64,000 bases of DNA from a virus (Duplodnaviria; Caudoviricetes): positions 50,035 to 114,034 of the IMG/VR virus record IMGVR_UViG_3300034071_001431; one strand, written 5' to 3'. This document shows, one piece after another, positions 14,212 through 24,554 of the stretch (within the stretch, counting starts at the first letter, position 1; every line of letters starts with the position of its first letter). The translations under genes and the position numbers were made by a program. The notes under the pieces were generated by a model. That model was not told where the DNA came from. It did not search any database and was given only the letters and a program-made list of their open reading frames with translations.

Positions 14212-14999
14212 TCGTTGGTGTATTCCTGAAGTTGTTCAATTGAATAATTTCTTAAATTATCCTTTGGAAAATTTGGTCTAATAACAACAGATATTTCTTC
14301 CGAAAGTCTATTAGAATTATCTACCATTGATGCTAACCGACGAGCTAGTAGATAATCAAGCAAGACCCAATGATTATTCATTTGAGTTGGCCAATACGTT
14401 AACGTATTGTTAAACTTTGACATTTTAACCGAGTTAGTATAATAGAATCTATTACCTATCACATCGTTTGTAAAAGAGTTAGCCCTATTATAAAAATCAC
14501 CTATCTGCGGAAATGAAATTATATCACTATCATAGATAGTCCCTATTAGGTATTCAAACTCGTTACACATTACCATTGCATTGTACGTTGTGCTGTGTGG
14601 TTTATACAGATCAGGGCGCAATTCCATTACCTGATCGTATACAAAATTATTATCAAATTCGTGGCGCCGTTTTAAGGTATTAGCAATTTTGGCCAAGTAC
14701 GATTGATAGTAAAATGTAATATCATGCCTAGGTAATACAGCCTGATTAATTATTTTATAATTTATTAAATTTCTATCTACGAATTTAGAAGTAATCTCAG
14801 CAGGATCTACTTTGCGTGTTGAACTAATCGAATGTTCCTCTGGCCACCAAAAATCTCGAGTATCTGCCCATGTAGCAAAATAGTAATCAACCTGAAGTGC
14901 GTTATCTTCAGCAAAAGCAAAGATATAGTCTGATGCTCGGTTCCAGGATCTTAGTTCACCACATATTAGGACTGCTAGTTTTTTAATCTTCGCCGACAT
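14169..14999 (-). CDS. Glycosyltransferase-like hypothetical protein
   Basis: LAVLICGELR...YDQVMELRPDL pattern typical of phage glycan clusters. Confidence 0.55.
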   Translation of the reverse strand: MSAKIKKLAVLICGELRSWNRASDYIFAFAEDNALQVDYYFATWADTRDFWWPEEHSISSTRKVDPAEITSKFVDRNLINYKIINQAVLPRHDITFYYQSYLAKIANTLKRRHEFDNNFVYDQVMELRPDLYKPHSTTYNAMVMCNEFEYLIGTIYDSDIISFPQIGDFYNRANSFTNDVIGNRFYYTNSVKMSKFNNTLTYWPTQMNNHWVLLDYLLARRLASMVDNSNRLSEEISVVIRPNFPKDNLRNYSIEQLQEYTNEWIQWQWTQGLTTW

Positions 15000-15390
15000 A
15001 AAATTCGTATCCTAAACGATTAATTAAAAATATTATTTTTTCTGCTAATAACAATTGTGTATCATTGTCTACTTCTTTAAAATTCAGACGAGTAAAATTT
15101 ACTTTGTATAAACTACCCAATACAGAAAAGACATGTGGCTTACAATAAAAGGAATCTGTATAATCATCTGATATATAATACACCCCATTGTGGTGTAATT
15201 GTTTAACAAAAATACTATCATAATTTATAATAGGTGTATTCACTAGCAAGCACACTAGCTTCACAGGTAATTGGTCAAATAGGATTTTTTCATCCATTTG
15301 AAGTGCTAGGTCAGCTAGTTGTTTGCTTGGTGATTCCTTATCCGACTCTAACAGTGCCATCCCTGTATCAGTTAGTAATGCTAATTTCAT
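14983..15390 (-). CDS. Hypothetical protein
   Basis: ORF in an operon with overlaps. Confidence 0.6.
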   Translation of the reverse strand: MKLALLTDTGMALLESDKESPSKQLADLALQMDEKILFDQLPVKLVCLLVNTPIINYDSIFVKQLHHNGVYYISDDYTDSFYCKPHVFSVLGSLYKVNFTRLNFKEVDNDTQLLLAEKIIFLINRLGYEFYVGED

Positions 15391-16385
15391 ATATGATCAC
15401 CTAAATCATTACTATTTCGTTCTAAATTGATTGCTATTGCACTTGGAGCAGGATTAGTAGTAGCATAATCATTTATTAATATCCGTTGAGAATGGTGTAG
15501 GCCTGCTAGTAATCTAAAATTACTAAATCCAATATTTTTCAACATCTGGTCTATTGCATTATAAAATTTTTGCGGGCGAGCAGTTACAAAAATAAGTTCG
15601 ACACCTTGTCCTTGTAATTCTAAAAGTTTATTACATGTTTCAGTTAATATCTCGGGTGCATCTATATAATATGGCGGAAAGAATTCTGATTGGTTTTTAA
15701 TTATTACACCATCTATATCACAAAATATAGTTTTAAAGTTGCGATTGTATTTAACAAACTTAGTTAAATTACCCAAATCAACATAATTAGTAACAGTAAC
15801 AGGCATAAAGTTTTCAGCAGATAACATTTGATTTATTACATGCGAGATGTATACTTCGTGGTCAACTGGAATTAACTGTACTGCATCAACAAACTGTTTA
15901 CTACTTAAAAAGCCATATCCTCCTACACAGGCAATGTCACTGATGCGATTTTTTTCAGCAATATTAGTAACACAATCATTTTTTATATGCACATAGCTTG
16001 ACATTGGGTCAGTTTGATTATCTTTAACGCATATAAAATTACCGCAAGGTAATGTGGTATTAAACAAGCTATCACAATCTTTAATGAATATAGCACGATC
16101 TGTGATATTACGTATAGCTGCAACAGCTGAATGTGCAGGGCCATTACTAGGGTTATCTAATACAGTGATTGACATATTATTGTATATATTACTAAGTGTA
16201 GCAGATACATTAAATTTTTCATCGTGCTCACGTAAAATTACAACATGGATGTAGTCAATCTGTGCGACATATAAATCAATAACATGCTCAATCATGAATC
16301 TACCATCATACATAGTTAACCAATATTTTGGTCTATTAGTAGCATATCTAAGGCTTTTGCCTGCGGCTAGTAATACTAAATCCAT
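15387..16385 (-). CDS. Sugar nucleotidyltransferase fused to a HAD-like phosphatase
   Basis: LLAAGKSLRY..PK (NTP transferase) and CDIDGV..VTAR..IND (HAD); start trimmed to MDLVLL. Confidence 0.8.
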   Translation of the reverse strand: MDLVLLAAGKSLRYATNRPKYWLTMYDGRFMIEHVIDLYVAQIDYIHVVILREHDEKFNVSATLSNIYNNMSITVLDNPSNGPAHSAVAAIRNITDRAIFIKDCDSLFNTTLPCGNFICVKDNQTDPMSSYVHIKNDCVTNIAEKNRISDIACVGGYGFLSSKQFVDAVQLIPVDHEVYISHVINQMLSAENFMPVTVTNYVDLGNLTKFVKYNRNFKTIFCDIDGVIIKNQSEFFPPYYIDAPEILTETCNKLLELQGQGVELIFVTARPQKFYNAIDQMLKNIGFSNFRLLAGLHHSQRILINDYATTNPAPSAIAINLERNSNDLGDHI

Positions 16386-17128
16386 AATTGATTTATCTGC
16401 ATAATTAAAAAATTGCGGTCTTTCATTGATGTACAATACGGAATCACACGAAGTAACATAAAAATTAATAAAAAATTATTACTAGTATACGAATTTATAT
16501 CTTTTACAGCGGAATTAATATAGTTGATCTTATCAGCCACATCACTGTGTATAGTTACGTTCCGTGTAAACCACAGACATTCAGTATCTTGTCTTATTTT
16601 AGCAGAATCAAATGCTACTGAATTAAGGTTAGTATGATTAGCATCAATAAGATAAAAATTGTCGTTCCAATAGATTATATTTTCAAGTGTTAAGTCACCG
16701 TGATATATGCCACATGGCACGTGTGTTGGTAGTTGGTCGTATAATTCGTGTAATTTAAATAAAAGCCCCGGAAGTTTGCACCGTTCTAATTGCTCAAACT
16801 TTTCTTGGATATGTAACCTAATATCTGTTACTATAGATTGTTTTTCAAATGTATGTAATATAGTTGACAAAAACTCAATTAATTTATGTATGTCTTTGTC
16901 TTGTTGTATATAATCCGCCATACTAAGACCATCTAAATAACGCATTACTACCCGAGTAGGGCTAATAAAATAATAGTCAGGGATTTTAATTTGCAATTTA
17001 GCAAGTGTTTGTAATACGGCGTAATCTAAGTCGAGTTGCGACCCATTGCTTTTAATTATAACTGGAACATTATTATTAACTGTTAATTCTAATTTACATC
17101 CGGAATTACCTGTTAGTTGAATTGCCAT
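16376..17128 (-). CDS. APH-like/sugar kinase (phosphotransferase)
   Basis: GNSG loop, YHGDLTLENI and LID motifs; start trimmed to MAIQL because the longer call overlaps a tRNA. Confidence 0.8.
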   Translation of the reverse strand: MAIQLTGNSGCKLELTVNNNVPVIIKSNGSQLDLDYAVLQTLAKLQIKIPDYYFISPTRVVMRYLDGLSMADYIQQDKDIHKLIEFLSTILHTFEKQSIVTDIRLHIQEKFEQLERCKLPGLLFKLHELYDQLPTHVPCGIYHGDLTLENIIYWNDNFYLIDANHTNLNSVAFDSAKIRQDTECLWFTRNVTIHSDVADKINYINSAVKDINSYTSNNFLLIFMLLRVIPYCTSMKDRNFLIMQINQLWI

Positions 17129-17146
17129 TTTTTTACCTGAAATGTT

Positions 17147-17223
17147 TGGTGGGCCTTGATGGACTTGAACCATCGACCAATGGATTATGAGTCCACTGCT
17201 CTGACCAACTGAGCTAAAGGCCC
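17147..17223 (-). tRNA. tRNA-Ile2-like (CAT)
   Basis: GGGCCTTTAGCTCAG...GTGGA-CTCATAA-TCCAT; body resembles lysidine tRNA-Ile2. Confidence 0.8.
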
Positions 17224-17233
17224 TGCTAACTTA

Positions 17234-17500
17234 TTACCTGCTGGTTTTACCAACTTTATCTAAGTATTCTTTACCGTACTTACCTGCTTCTACGTCAAGC
17301 AATGCTTGTACAACAGGAAGGTTTGCATACTTAGGTTGTGCTGTGGTTGATCCTGCATTACGTGATGCTATTACACGACTTTTTGCAATTTCGTGGCCAC
17401 GTACACTTGCAGCTAATATTAAATTAAATCGGTTACCGTCAAATGCGGCATCGCAATTATCAATATTGTATTGTTCAACTGATGCTATTTTGTTTGCCAT
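17234..17500 (-). CDS. rpoZ: RNA polymerase omega subunit homologue
   Basis: NRFNLILAASVRGHEI...PVVQALLDVEAGK matches the two conserved omega regions. Confidence 0.75.
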   Translation of the reverse strand: MANKIASVEQYNIDNCDAAFDGNRFNLILAASVRGHEIAKSRVIASRNAGSTTAQPKYANLPVVQALLDVEAGKYGKEYLDKVGKTSR

Positions 17501-17530
17501 GATATACCCTAAGTTGTTATTTAAAGTACT

Positions 17531-17559
17531 ATTGTAACACGGAATTACCTAGATGTCAA
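17531..17559 (-). promoter_or_regulatory. sigma70 promoter TTGACA-17-TACAAT
   Basis: Upstream of the rpoZ homologue. Confidence 0.75.
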
Positions 17560-18854
17560 CGTCTTTCTCGCCTATGTTCGGATATTTGTGAACCCGGACG
17601 AGTAGCACGGTCAATAACTGTTGCAGGAGTAGATACTGCGCCAGTTGGTCTAATCCCGGTAGTCGGGGTGGTCCCATCTATTTGTTTACGTATTGCATCA
17701 GCAGTTGCTTTAGCGGCTTTCTTTTCTGCGGTTGCGGCTTTTTTAGCTGTTGCGGCTGCGGCATTAGCACCAAACGTAGTTGGAATTATTTCCATTTGTG
17801 GATATGGTAAACGTACATCAGCAATACTAGTTATGTATGCTGTGCCGGCATGTAAACGTAATGTACTGTCTGCTAATTCTTCAGCATCTTTAAAATAAAC
17901 AGTGTTGATCGGTTCAGTTGTTAAATTAATGTATAACACACCTTCGTCATCTTTCTTACTCATGTAGTAGTTGAAACTAGCTTTAGCATACGCTTGCATT
18001 GCAACACCAGTACTGCCCGATGCAATTGCATCTGCTATAGAATCAATCGAAGATTTATCTGATGTCGTCCCGCCAAATATCATAGCAATAACTTGTTTAC
18101 ACATAGCAACAAAGTCTGTATTGTCACTTAATTGTTGCGCTATATCGCAGGCTGCCGCAATACTTAACCCACTCTTTGGTAGTATTGTTTTAATCTCAGG
18201 GTTATTAGCAACATAAGCATTTAAATCACGAGCCGCACGTTCAAAACCTTCTGCTGGACGTACTTCTTGGTCAGTGAAACGACCTGCACCGCCATCTGTA
18301 GTTTTTGCTTCAATCTTGCGGCCATTAATTAATAAATCGCCTTTATCTGGCTTGTTAATATTTTTACTTAATACACTTAATCCAAACTCGCCCTTGCCTT
18401 GGCCTAATGCTTGTATACGCATAACATCATTAACTAGTTCACTGATAGCAGGGTTAGTAGAATAACTTGCAATAATATCGGAAAAGTTGTTTGAACCTTT
18501 ACTTAATAGTTTATCACGGTTAACAAGTTTGTCTTCGCGCCACAGTGAAAATAGTTCATCACGTTGGGCTGGTGTTACATCCATACTTACTATGTATCGT
18601 GCCAGCATTTTTTGTGCCGCAGTAACAGTTGGGTCGTTGATACGAGCAAGCTCGCCATTAATCATACCAACTCGTCCACCTGCATTAACATGAGTTAGTA
18701 ATTCTTCAATTTCACGTAATGCTCGTGCAGTTACGCTATCGTCTGGCAGATCTTTAATCTTGCCAGCGATAACTGATTTCATTGCTTCTAACTCGTCTGT
18801 GTTTGGCAGAGCAGTTTCAAATAAGGGTGTAATGAGGTCTATAAATTTGCGCAT
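17556..18854 (-). CDS. Late hypothetical protein with PD-(D/E)xK-like motif
   Basis: GKGE...GDLLINGRKIEAKT; N-terminal MRKFIDLITPLFE propeptide-like segment; ATAAATA just upstream. Confidence 0.55.
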   Translation of the reverse strand: MRKFIDLITPLFETALPNTDELEAMKSVIAGKIKDLPDDSVTARALREIEELLTHVNAGGRVGMINGELARINDPTVTAAQKMLARYIVSMDVTPAQRDELFSLWREDKLVNRDKLLSKGSNNFSDIIASYSTNPAISELVNDVMRIQALGQGKGEFGLSVLSKNINKPDKGDLLINGRKIEAKTTDGGAGRFTDQEVRPAEGFERAARDLNAYVANNPEIKTILPKSGLSIAAACDIAQQLSDNTDFVAMCKQVIAMIFGGTTSDKSSIDSIADAIASGSTGVAMQAYAKASFNYYMSKKDDEGVLYINLTTEPINTVYFKDAEELADSTLRLHAGTAYITSIADVRLPYPQMEIIPTTFGANAAAATAKKAATAEKKAAKATADAIRKQIDGTTPTTGIRPTGAVSTPATVIDRATRPGSQISEHRRERR

Positions 18855-18861
18855 AATGTAT

Positions 18862-19626
18862 TTATTCTTTACGTTCTATATCATCTTCAACACAGATATC
18901 GCCGTATTGTATTTCAATTATGCGAACGGGTCTGTCGTATGGGTTAGCAAGTTGATGCCATTGTTCTTCTGGTATGCGATGAGTTGAATGTTTAGGTAGA
19001 TGTGGATTTTGTAGAGCAGTTGGATAAACAATGCTATATTCACTAACAGTTGCTTCGCCATCTGCAATAAACCATAACTCAGCTCTATTGTAATGTTTCT
19101 GCATACTTAGGCGCTTGCCCGGATTGATGGTTAATTCTTTCACTTTTAGGCCCGGAACGTCATGTAATACACGATAATAGCCCCATTCTCGTTCAGTTTT
19201 AGGCGCTTTCCACTCATCTAATATCCAACTGCTACTATTGAGCTTATTCTTGCCGCCGACTCCAAATGCAAACGCAACATCTGCGCATTTCATTTCGGGA
19301 ATGTTATGCTCTGTTCTATCGCCGCCGTTAGCAAATACTATCTCACTGTTTGGGTACATTAGTTTAACGTTATTGATTGCTTCAATTGCTGTGTTATCAT
19401 TATCATCAAACAATATACAATGGTCAACCATCTTTAAGTTTTCAATAATAGCAATACGTTCAGTACTTGGCATAAATGCCCTGCCCTTCTTGCGAGCTAT
19501 CCATGCATCACTGTTTACTCCAACAACAAGTATATGTCCAAGTGCTTTAGCGGCTTTAAAGTAAGCAATGTGTCCGCTGTGTAAAGGATCAAATCCCCCT
19601 GACACTAGCACAACTCTATTAATCAT
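18862..19626 (-). CDS. Cytidylyltransferase fused to mannose-6-phosphate isomerase-type cupin
   Basis: GGFDPLHSGH, NGGDR and SSS; C-terminal REWGYY..LSMQKH..RAELW..EIQYG..EDDIER. Confidence 0.85.
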   Translation of the reverse strand: MINRVVLVSGGFDPLHSGHIAYFKAAKALGHILVVGVNSDAWIARKKGRAFMPSTERIAIIENLKMVDHCILFDDNDNTAIEAINNVKLMYPNSEIVFANGGDRTEHNIPEMKCADVAFAFGVGGKNKLNSSSWILDEWKAPKTEREWGYYRVLHDVPGLKVKELTINPGKRLSMQKHYNRAELWFIADGEATVSEYSIVYPTALQNPHLPKHSTHRIPEEQWHQLANPYDRPVRIIEIQYGDICVEDDIERKE

Positions 19627-20515
19627 AATTTTTCTTAGGTGGACGCATTACGCCAACCGGTTTTGCTATTGTAGTTTCTACACTTGTTGGTTTCGCTTGC
19701 TTTACCGTAGTTTTTTTGGCTTGTTTTTTAGTATTAACTACACCGGCATCATTATGCACAGCTTCTGCAGGAATTACTGTCTGTTGGCTTACGTAGTCAA
19801 CAAAATAGTTTTCTTTATCCAACCATGGATATAAAATATCCTCTTGGCGCAAATAACCATATGAAGTAATTGAATTGATCACAGTCTGATTCAATAATCC
19901 ACTATCAATTAAATCAAGCCACGACGTTGTATCTGCATCCTTTGGTGCAACATCTGATTTGTATACAGCAATATGAATCCATGGATCATTAAATTCTTTA
20001 AGCATATATGCATCTTTACAATCAAAGCCATTTACTGCAAGCATATAAATTAAACTAGTCGGAGTAAAGTTATGAAAACATCCGCTATGTGTCCGACTAT
20101 AATATCTATTATCGGCAACTCCGGAATGTTGTGGTATGCTTAATACTAGCATAGCATCGACATTCATTTGCTCATTCCATACTTTTAATGTTTCGATTGG
20201 GTTAGTGCTATATTGCAAACTATCGTGTGCCCACATTAAATCAGCTTGTACAGGTATGCAACGTGTATTAAAATCCTTTTCAGTTTTTTGTATGTTAATG
20301 AGATCCGGAACTTGAGCTAACTTAGCCGGGTCACGATCAACAGCAAAACAATTATAATTGTGCGGAACTGGTGGATCATCTCGTGTTTCTAATGTTGCCC
20401 ACCATGTAATATCTTCGCCGGTGCCACAGCCCATGTCTACAATTGTGTGTAAACTATCGAGAAAGCTATCGTATTCTCTGAGTTGATTTAATACCCTAAG
20501 TGCATGTCTAGCCAT
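19619..20515 (-). CDS. Class I SAM-dependent methyltransferase
   Basis: IVDMGCGTG motif I. Confidence 0.75.
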   Translation of the reverse strand: MARHALRVLNQLREYDSFLDSLHTIVDMGCGTGEDITWWATLETRDDPPVPHNYNCFAVDRDPAKLAQVPDLINIQKTEKDFNTRCIPVQADLMWAHDSLQYSTNPIETLKVWNEQMNVDAMLVLSIPQHSGVADNRYYSRTHSGCFHNFTPTSLIYMLAVNGFDCKDAYMLKEFNDPWIHIAVYKSDVAPKDADTTSWLDLIDSGLLNQTVINSITSYGYLRQEDILYPWLDKENYFVDYVSQQTVIPAEAVHNDAGVVNTKKQAKKTTVKQAKPTSVETTIAKPVGVMRPPKKNYD

Positions 20516-20774
20516 TTTTTAAAATCCTAAAAATAAAGTCTCTGCTGAAGTTAGTGTATGCTTCTATAAATTTTGTTGTATACTCTGCTTCAACTTCTGT
20601 ATTATTCTGCAACCTTGCATAGCGCAATTCTTGTGAATATGCCATAAGTTGCCCTTTGCGACGCATATAATCTAATATGTCGATGTCGTCAGTTGGAGTA
20701 ATATGAGAGGAACAATATTTCATTTCTTCCCATTGCTCTAATAATTCGTCTACTGGATTAATTGACTGTTGCAT
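20508..20774 (-). CDS. Hypothetical protein
   Basis: ORF in operon; start trimmed to MQQSIN. Confidence 0.55.
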   Translation of the reverse strand: MQQSINPVDELLEQWEEMKYCSSHITPTDDIDILDYMRRKGQLMAYSQELRYARLQNNTEVEAEYTTKFIEAYTNFSRDFIFRILKNG

Positions 20775-21213
20775 CTTCCATTCCTGCTGTACGCAGTCTA
20801 ACAATATGTCCGATCATGTATGATTTTGCTTCTAGCCCTTTCATGATGCCGAGCCACTTGTTGCGCAATAGTGCGACTTCGTTGATAATAGTTTCCATAT
20901 CAATTACTTCGCTTTCACCATCGACATACTTTTCAGCATCGCGAGAAGTTAACGCACGTGCGTAGCTTTCGAGATACTTTTTGTAATGGTCTTGGCGGAT
21001 TTTGCGAAGTTTGATGTTGAGAAAGTTAAGCACCGCTTCAATCTCTTGTAACTGATTAAAGCGTTGCTCTGTAACTCCTGGCAATGATGCTAACCCTTTT
21101 TCAATATTGCCGTATACCTTAACTTCACGTTTTGCTTGATCTAATTCAGTGTTATAGTAATCAATGAAGTCAGGTAAGTTGCCAATATTTTGTACTACTT
21201 TGTTATACCACAT
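20758..21213 (-). CDS. uvsY: UvsY-like recombination mediator
   Basis: Helical 151 aa, EKYVDGE..motif, next to uvsX. Confidence 0.65.
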   Translation of the reverse strand: MWYNKVVQNIGNLPDFIDYYNTELDQAKREVKVYGNIEKGLASLPGVTEQRFNQLQEIEAVLNFLNIKLRKIRQDHYKKYLESYARALTSRDAEKYVDGESEVIDMETIINEVALLRNKWLGIMKGLEAKSYMIGHIVRLRTAGMEDATVN

Positions 21214-21215
21214 AT

Positions 21216-21446
21216 TTACTCGTCGTCGTAGTCGTTTTCGGGTTCAGCTTCTTCGCCTAAGTATTCTTCAACTGCTCGTCGCAGATACGCATCAGTACCG
21301 CCAAACTTCTTCAGATCTGCTTCTGTAATGCTGTGGTCTGCTACAACATTAATAACATGATCTGCTACTGCTTGTCTGTCTTTTTGTGATACATACTCTT
21401 TAACTGTAAGCCACATTTCACTTAAGATTTCTACATCAATGCTCAT
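21216..21446 (-). CDS. Hypothetical protein
   Basis: ORF between uvsX and uvsY. Confidence 0.7.
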   Translation of the reverse strand: MSIDVEILSEMWLTVKEYVSQKDRQAVADHVINVVADHSITEADLKKFGGTDAYLRRAVEEYLGEEAEPENDYDDE

Positions 21447-22514
21447 TTATGCTTCTTCCTCTTCATCAGTTGTTGTATCAGTACTTAGCGTAACTGCAAC
21501 CTTGCCGAAATCATTCATAACTTTGTCTAAACAACCATCTTCGTTATGTTCCCAGGCTTTACGGAATTGTTTGATTTCTTCACCGGCACTTGTAGTGAAT
21601 TTAAGTCTGTTGCCATCTTTAACCAACATACCAGCTTTTTCAGCTAAGTCAGTTAATCCACTGTACGGGCTCATACCAGTATCATATGGAATTTCGACTT
21701 GCACTGACTCAAATGGTTTAGCATAACGTGTTTTCATAATCTTACAAGCCGCACGTATACCATTAACTGTTGTAGTCTTATTACCATCGGCGTCTGTTTT
21801 AAGTTTAAGTTTACGCATAGCTACAACAATACTCGAAGCGTAGATAAAGCCTTGACCGCCACTGATTTTATCATCTGGGTCAAACATATCTTGTGAAGCG
21901 TATGTATGGTTTGTACAAATTAACCCTACGTTGTAACTACCAAACATGTTTACGCAGTTACGTACAAGTGATGTAAGTGCTTTAGGTTTACGACCCATAT
22001 CACCTTTCATTTCACCTGCTTCAAACTGGTTTACGTCTGTTGGAGTTAATAACATACCGAGCGAGTCAACTACAAATAACACTTTTGGTCTGCCATCTTC
22101 TGGGAGAGTTTTGTATTCTTTCATGAATTCACTAATTGTTTTAGCAACGTCATCAATCATACACATGCTTAGTTTAAGCAATTTACCTTCATCTGTGTCC
22201 ACACCAAGTGCTTTAAGCCAGTTTTCATCTAATGCATTTTCACTATCCACAAGTACTACATAGATACCTTGATCTTGTGCATTTTTGATAACGTTGCCCG
22301 AACAGATGTATGATTTACCTGCGCCAGATTCACCAGCGAATACTGTTACTTTACCCAGTGGGATACCTTTGTTGAAATCACTACTGATTAGATAGTTAAG
22401 TGCATAGTTGCCTGTACTAATCCAATCCGTTGGGTCATTGAACCCAAATCCTAACCCGTCGATAGACTTAGTTAAGGTCTTTCTAAATTTACTTACGTCA
22501 AATGGTTTTGCCAT
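21447..22514 (-). CDS. uvsX: UvsX/RecA-like recombinase
   Basis: Walker A GESGAGKS, DSENA, VVDSLG, SGGQG. Confidence 0.95.
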   Translation of the reverse strand: MAKPFDVSKFRKTLTKSIDGLGFGFNDPTDWISTGNYALNYLISSDFNKGIPLGKVTVFAGESGAGKSYICSGNVIKNAQDQGIYVVLVDSENALDENWLKALGVDTDEGKLLKLSMCMIDDVAKTISEFMKEYKTLPEDGRPKVLFVVDSLGMLLTPTDVNQFEAGEMKGDMGRKPKALTSLVRNCVNMFGSYNVGLICTNHTYASQDMFDPDDKISGGQGFIYASSIVVAMRKLKLKTDADGNKTTTVNGIRAACKIMKTRYAKPFESVQVEIPYDTGMSPYSGLTDLAEKAGMLVKDGNRLKFTTSAGEEIKQFRKAWEHNEDGCLDKVMNDFGKVAVTLSTDTTTDEEEEA

Positions 22515-22528
22515 GATGTTTTCCTTGT

Positions 22529-23440
22529 TTATTGTAATACAATGGATGCTTTGTTATTTTCTTTAGAATTTCTATACAATATTTCTCTATACAACGATAA
22601 ATTTTTGTTTAAATCTAAGATATTGCCAATCGGTATTTCATTGCCTATTGGAGGTATATTATGCTTCTTACACCATTCCAAAAATTCATTGCTAAATGGA
22701 ATAGTCTGCGGCTTGGCTAAATTTATATTAAATGAAAATTCCAACTTTTCAAAGTTATAATGATCTGTATATATTAATTCATTATCAAAATTTACAAACT
22801 TATCGTAATATTTTCTACCTAAATAGGTATATCCAAAATTAAAATTAGTAACACCGTTATTAGTTATTATACTATCTTTAAACGGATTGTCAAATATAGC
22901 CCACTTAGCCGGCGAGTCAAATGATAGATAGTCATAATTGAATGTATTTTCTAAAGAATGTACTGCTAAATTAATAGCTTCGTATGTCTCAATAAAGTCC
23001 AATTTTGTTAGTACTTCTGCAATTTTTACTATTCGAATTTCATCGGGATACATATGATGTAATCGATTGCCAATTTTAGCTGTTTCTATATTATCCGAAA
23101 ATCGTAATTTATCAATATCTAATTCAATATTTTGAGAAATTACCCAATCAGCATGTACCCTATTCAGATAGTCCTGATCTAGATATGCAGCTGGCACTAA
23201 ATTAATTTCAACCGGAGTTACATTTAATAATGGCAATAGTTCATTAACTTTACTAATGTTAGTATGTAGCGCACCTACCCGCTGTTCTACTACACTAGAT
23301 AGTTTGTGATTATTTAAAAATTGATTTTCGTTATCGGTATTGATTTTCGTTACAAAATAATCAAACAGATTTTGATTCGCAGTAACTTCGAACGGTATAC
23401 TATCACCCGACGAAGCAAACACTAATTGAAATTTAGTCAA
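22529..23440 (-). CDS. Hypothetical protein (AT-rich, TTG start)
   Basis: 303-aa ORF with AGGA RBS, inserted between ssb and uvsX. Confidence 0.7.
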   Translation of the reverse strand: MTKFQLVFASSGDSIPFEVTANQNLFDYFVTKINTDNENQFLNNHKLSSVVEQRVGALHTNISKVNELLPLLNVTPVEINLVPAAYLDQDYLNRVHADWVISQNIELDIDKLRFSDNIETAKIGNRLHHMYPDEIRIVKIAEVLTKLDFIETYEAINLAVHSLENTFNYDYLSFDSPAKWAIFDNPFKDSIITNNGVTNFNFGYTYLGRKYYDKFVNFDNELIYTDHYNFEKLEFSFNINLAKPQTIPFSNEFLEWCKKHNIPPIGNEIPIGNILDLNKNLSLYREILYRNSKENNKASIVLQ

Positions 23441-23459
23441 AATTATCCTTTAATCGAAT

Positions 23460-23480
23460 TGGGGGCATTGCGCCCCCATT
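23460..23480 (-). terminator. Hairpin/terminator after ssb
   Basis: GGGGGC-attgc-GCCCCC; weak U-run. Confidence 0.5.
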
Positions 23481-23492
23481 ATACATTAACTA

Positions 23493-24554
23493 CTAAGCTG
23501 TCTTTTGACGATTGCGAATCATTGCTAAAATGTCTTCAGCACGTTGTCCACCGCTTGCTGGAGTAGTAACTGGTGCTGTTGGAGCACTAACTGCTACTTC
23601 ATCTGCTTCAAATGGAACGTCTGTTGCTACTGCACCACTGTTAGGTGCTACATAGCCTTGACCAGAACTTTGTGCTGGAATGCTTTCAACGTGTTCAGAA
23701 ACAACTGCGCGATCTGCTGGTTGTGCAGCTACATCAGTAGTAGTTGCCGGAGCATTTGCAGTGTATGAACCGCGTGGTTTAAAGTACGCACCCCATTTTT
23801 CTTCATCATATGGTTGTCCATCAACTGATGCTTCGAACATTTCCTTCATGATTTTAAGCTCTGCTTCATTTGGGCGTTTAGGCAAGAAGTCAGCAAGGTT
23901 ATACAAACCATGTTTCTCAATTGCTTCAGCTTCGTCTACAGTTAATGCAGATTCTTTACGTGACCATTTTGAAGTACTGTAGTCAGCATAACCACCTTTA
24001 CTTGTCTTAGTAGCAGTAAAGTCCAAACCACCTGCGTAGTCTGTTGGCAAGTTTTCTAACTCCGGATCCATCAATGCTGATTTAACCAAGTTGAAAATTT
24101 GTGGGCTAATGATGAAACGACGGATTGGATTTTCCGGAGTCTTATCATCTTTCAATGGATTCTCACGTACAAAACCTTGGAATAAGTATGATTTCTTTTT
24201 CCAGTACTTACGACCCATTTCTTCTAATGAAGCGTCTTTAAACCATGTACGCACTTCTGCTAAGATTGGGCATGATTCGCCCCACATTTCAACGCATGGT
24301 ACTTGTACTGTTGTTTTTTTACTGTCTGTTTGGCCTTTGATGCCAGCGAACTCTAAGTTGATCATATTACGTTCAACCCAGAAGAATGTATTTTTTGGAT
24401 CTGCATCTGGTAAGAAACGGATACGTGCTGTAGCACCTTCGTCAATGTTCCAGTGTGCGTAGATTGCGTTGTCGCCGCCGCCTTGTGATTTGCCTGAACT
24501 ACGTGTGTCTTGCGCTTGTAACTTTGCTCTGATTTCTGCTAATGATGTTGCCAT
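23493..24554 (-). CDS. Single-stranded DNA-binding protein (T4 gp32-like)
   Basis: IRFLP..., CPI, YW.K, G.DF...K...GYADYSTS; low-complexity tail. Confidence 0.9.
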   Translation of the reverse strand: MATSLAEIRAKLQAQDTRSSGKSQGGGDNAIYAHWNIDEGATARIRFLPDADPKNTFFWVERNMINLEFAGIKGQTDSKKTTVQVPCVEMWGESCPILAEVRTWFKDASLEEMGRKYWKKKSYLFQGFVRENPLKDDKTPENPIRRFIISPQIFNLVKSALMDPELENLPTDYAGGLDFTATKTSKGGYADYSTSKWSRKESALTVDEAEAIEKHGLYNLADFLPKRPNEAELKIMKEMFEASVDGQPYDEEKWGAYFKPRGSYTANAPATTTDVAAQPADRAVVSEHVESIPAQSSGQGYVAPNSGAVATDVPFEADEVAVSAPTAPVTTPASGGQRAEDILAMIRNRQKTA

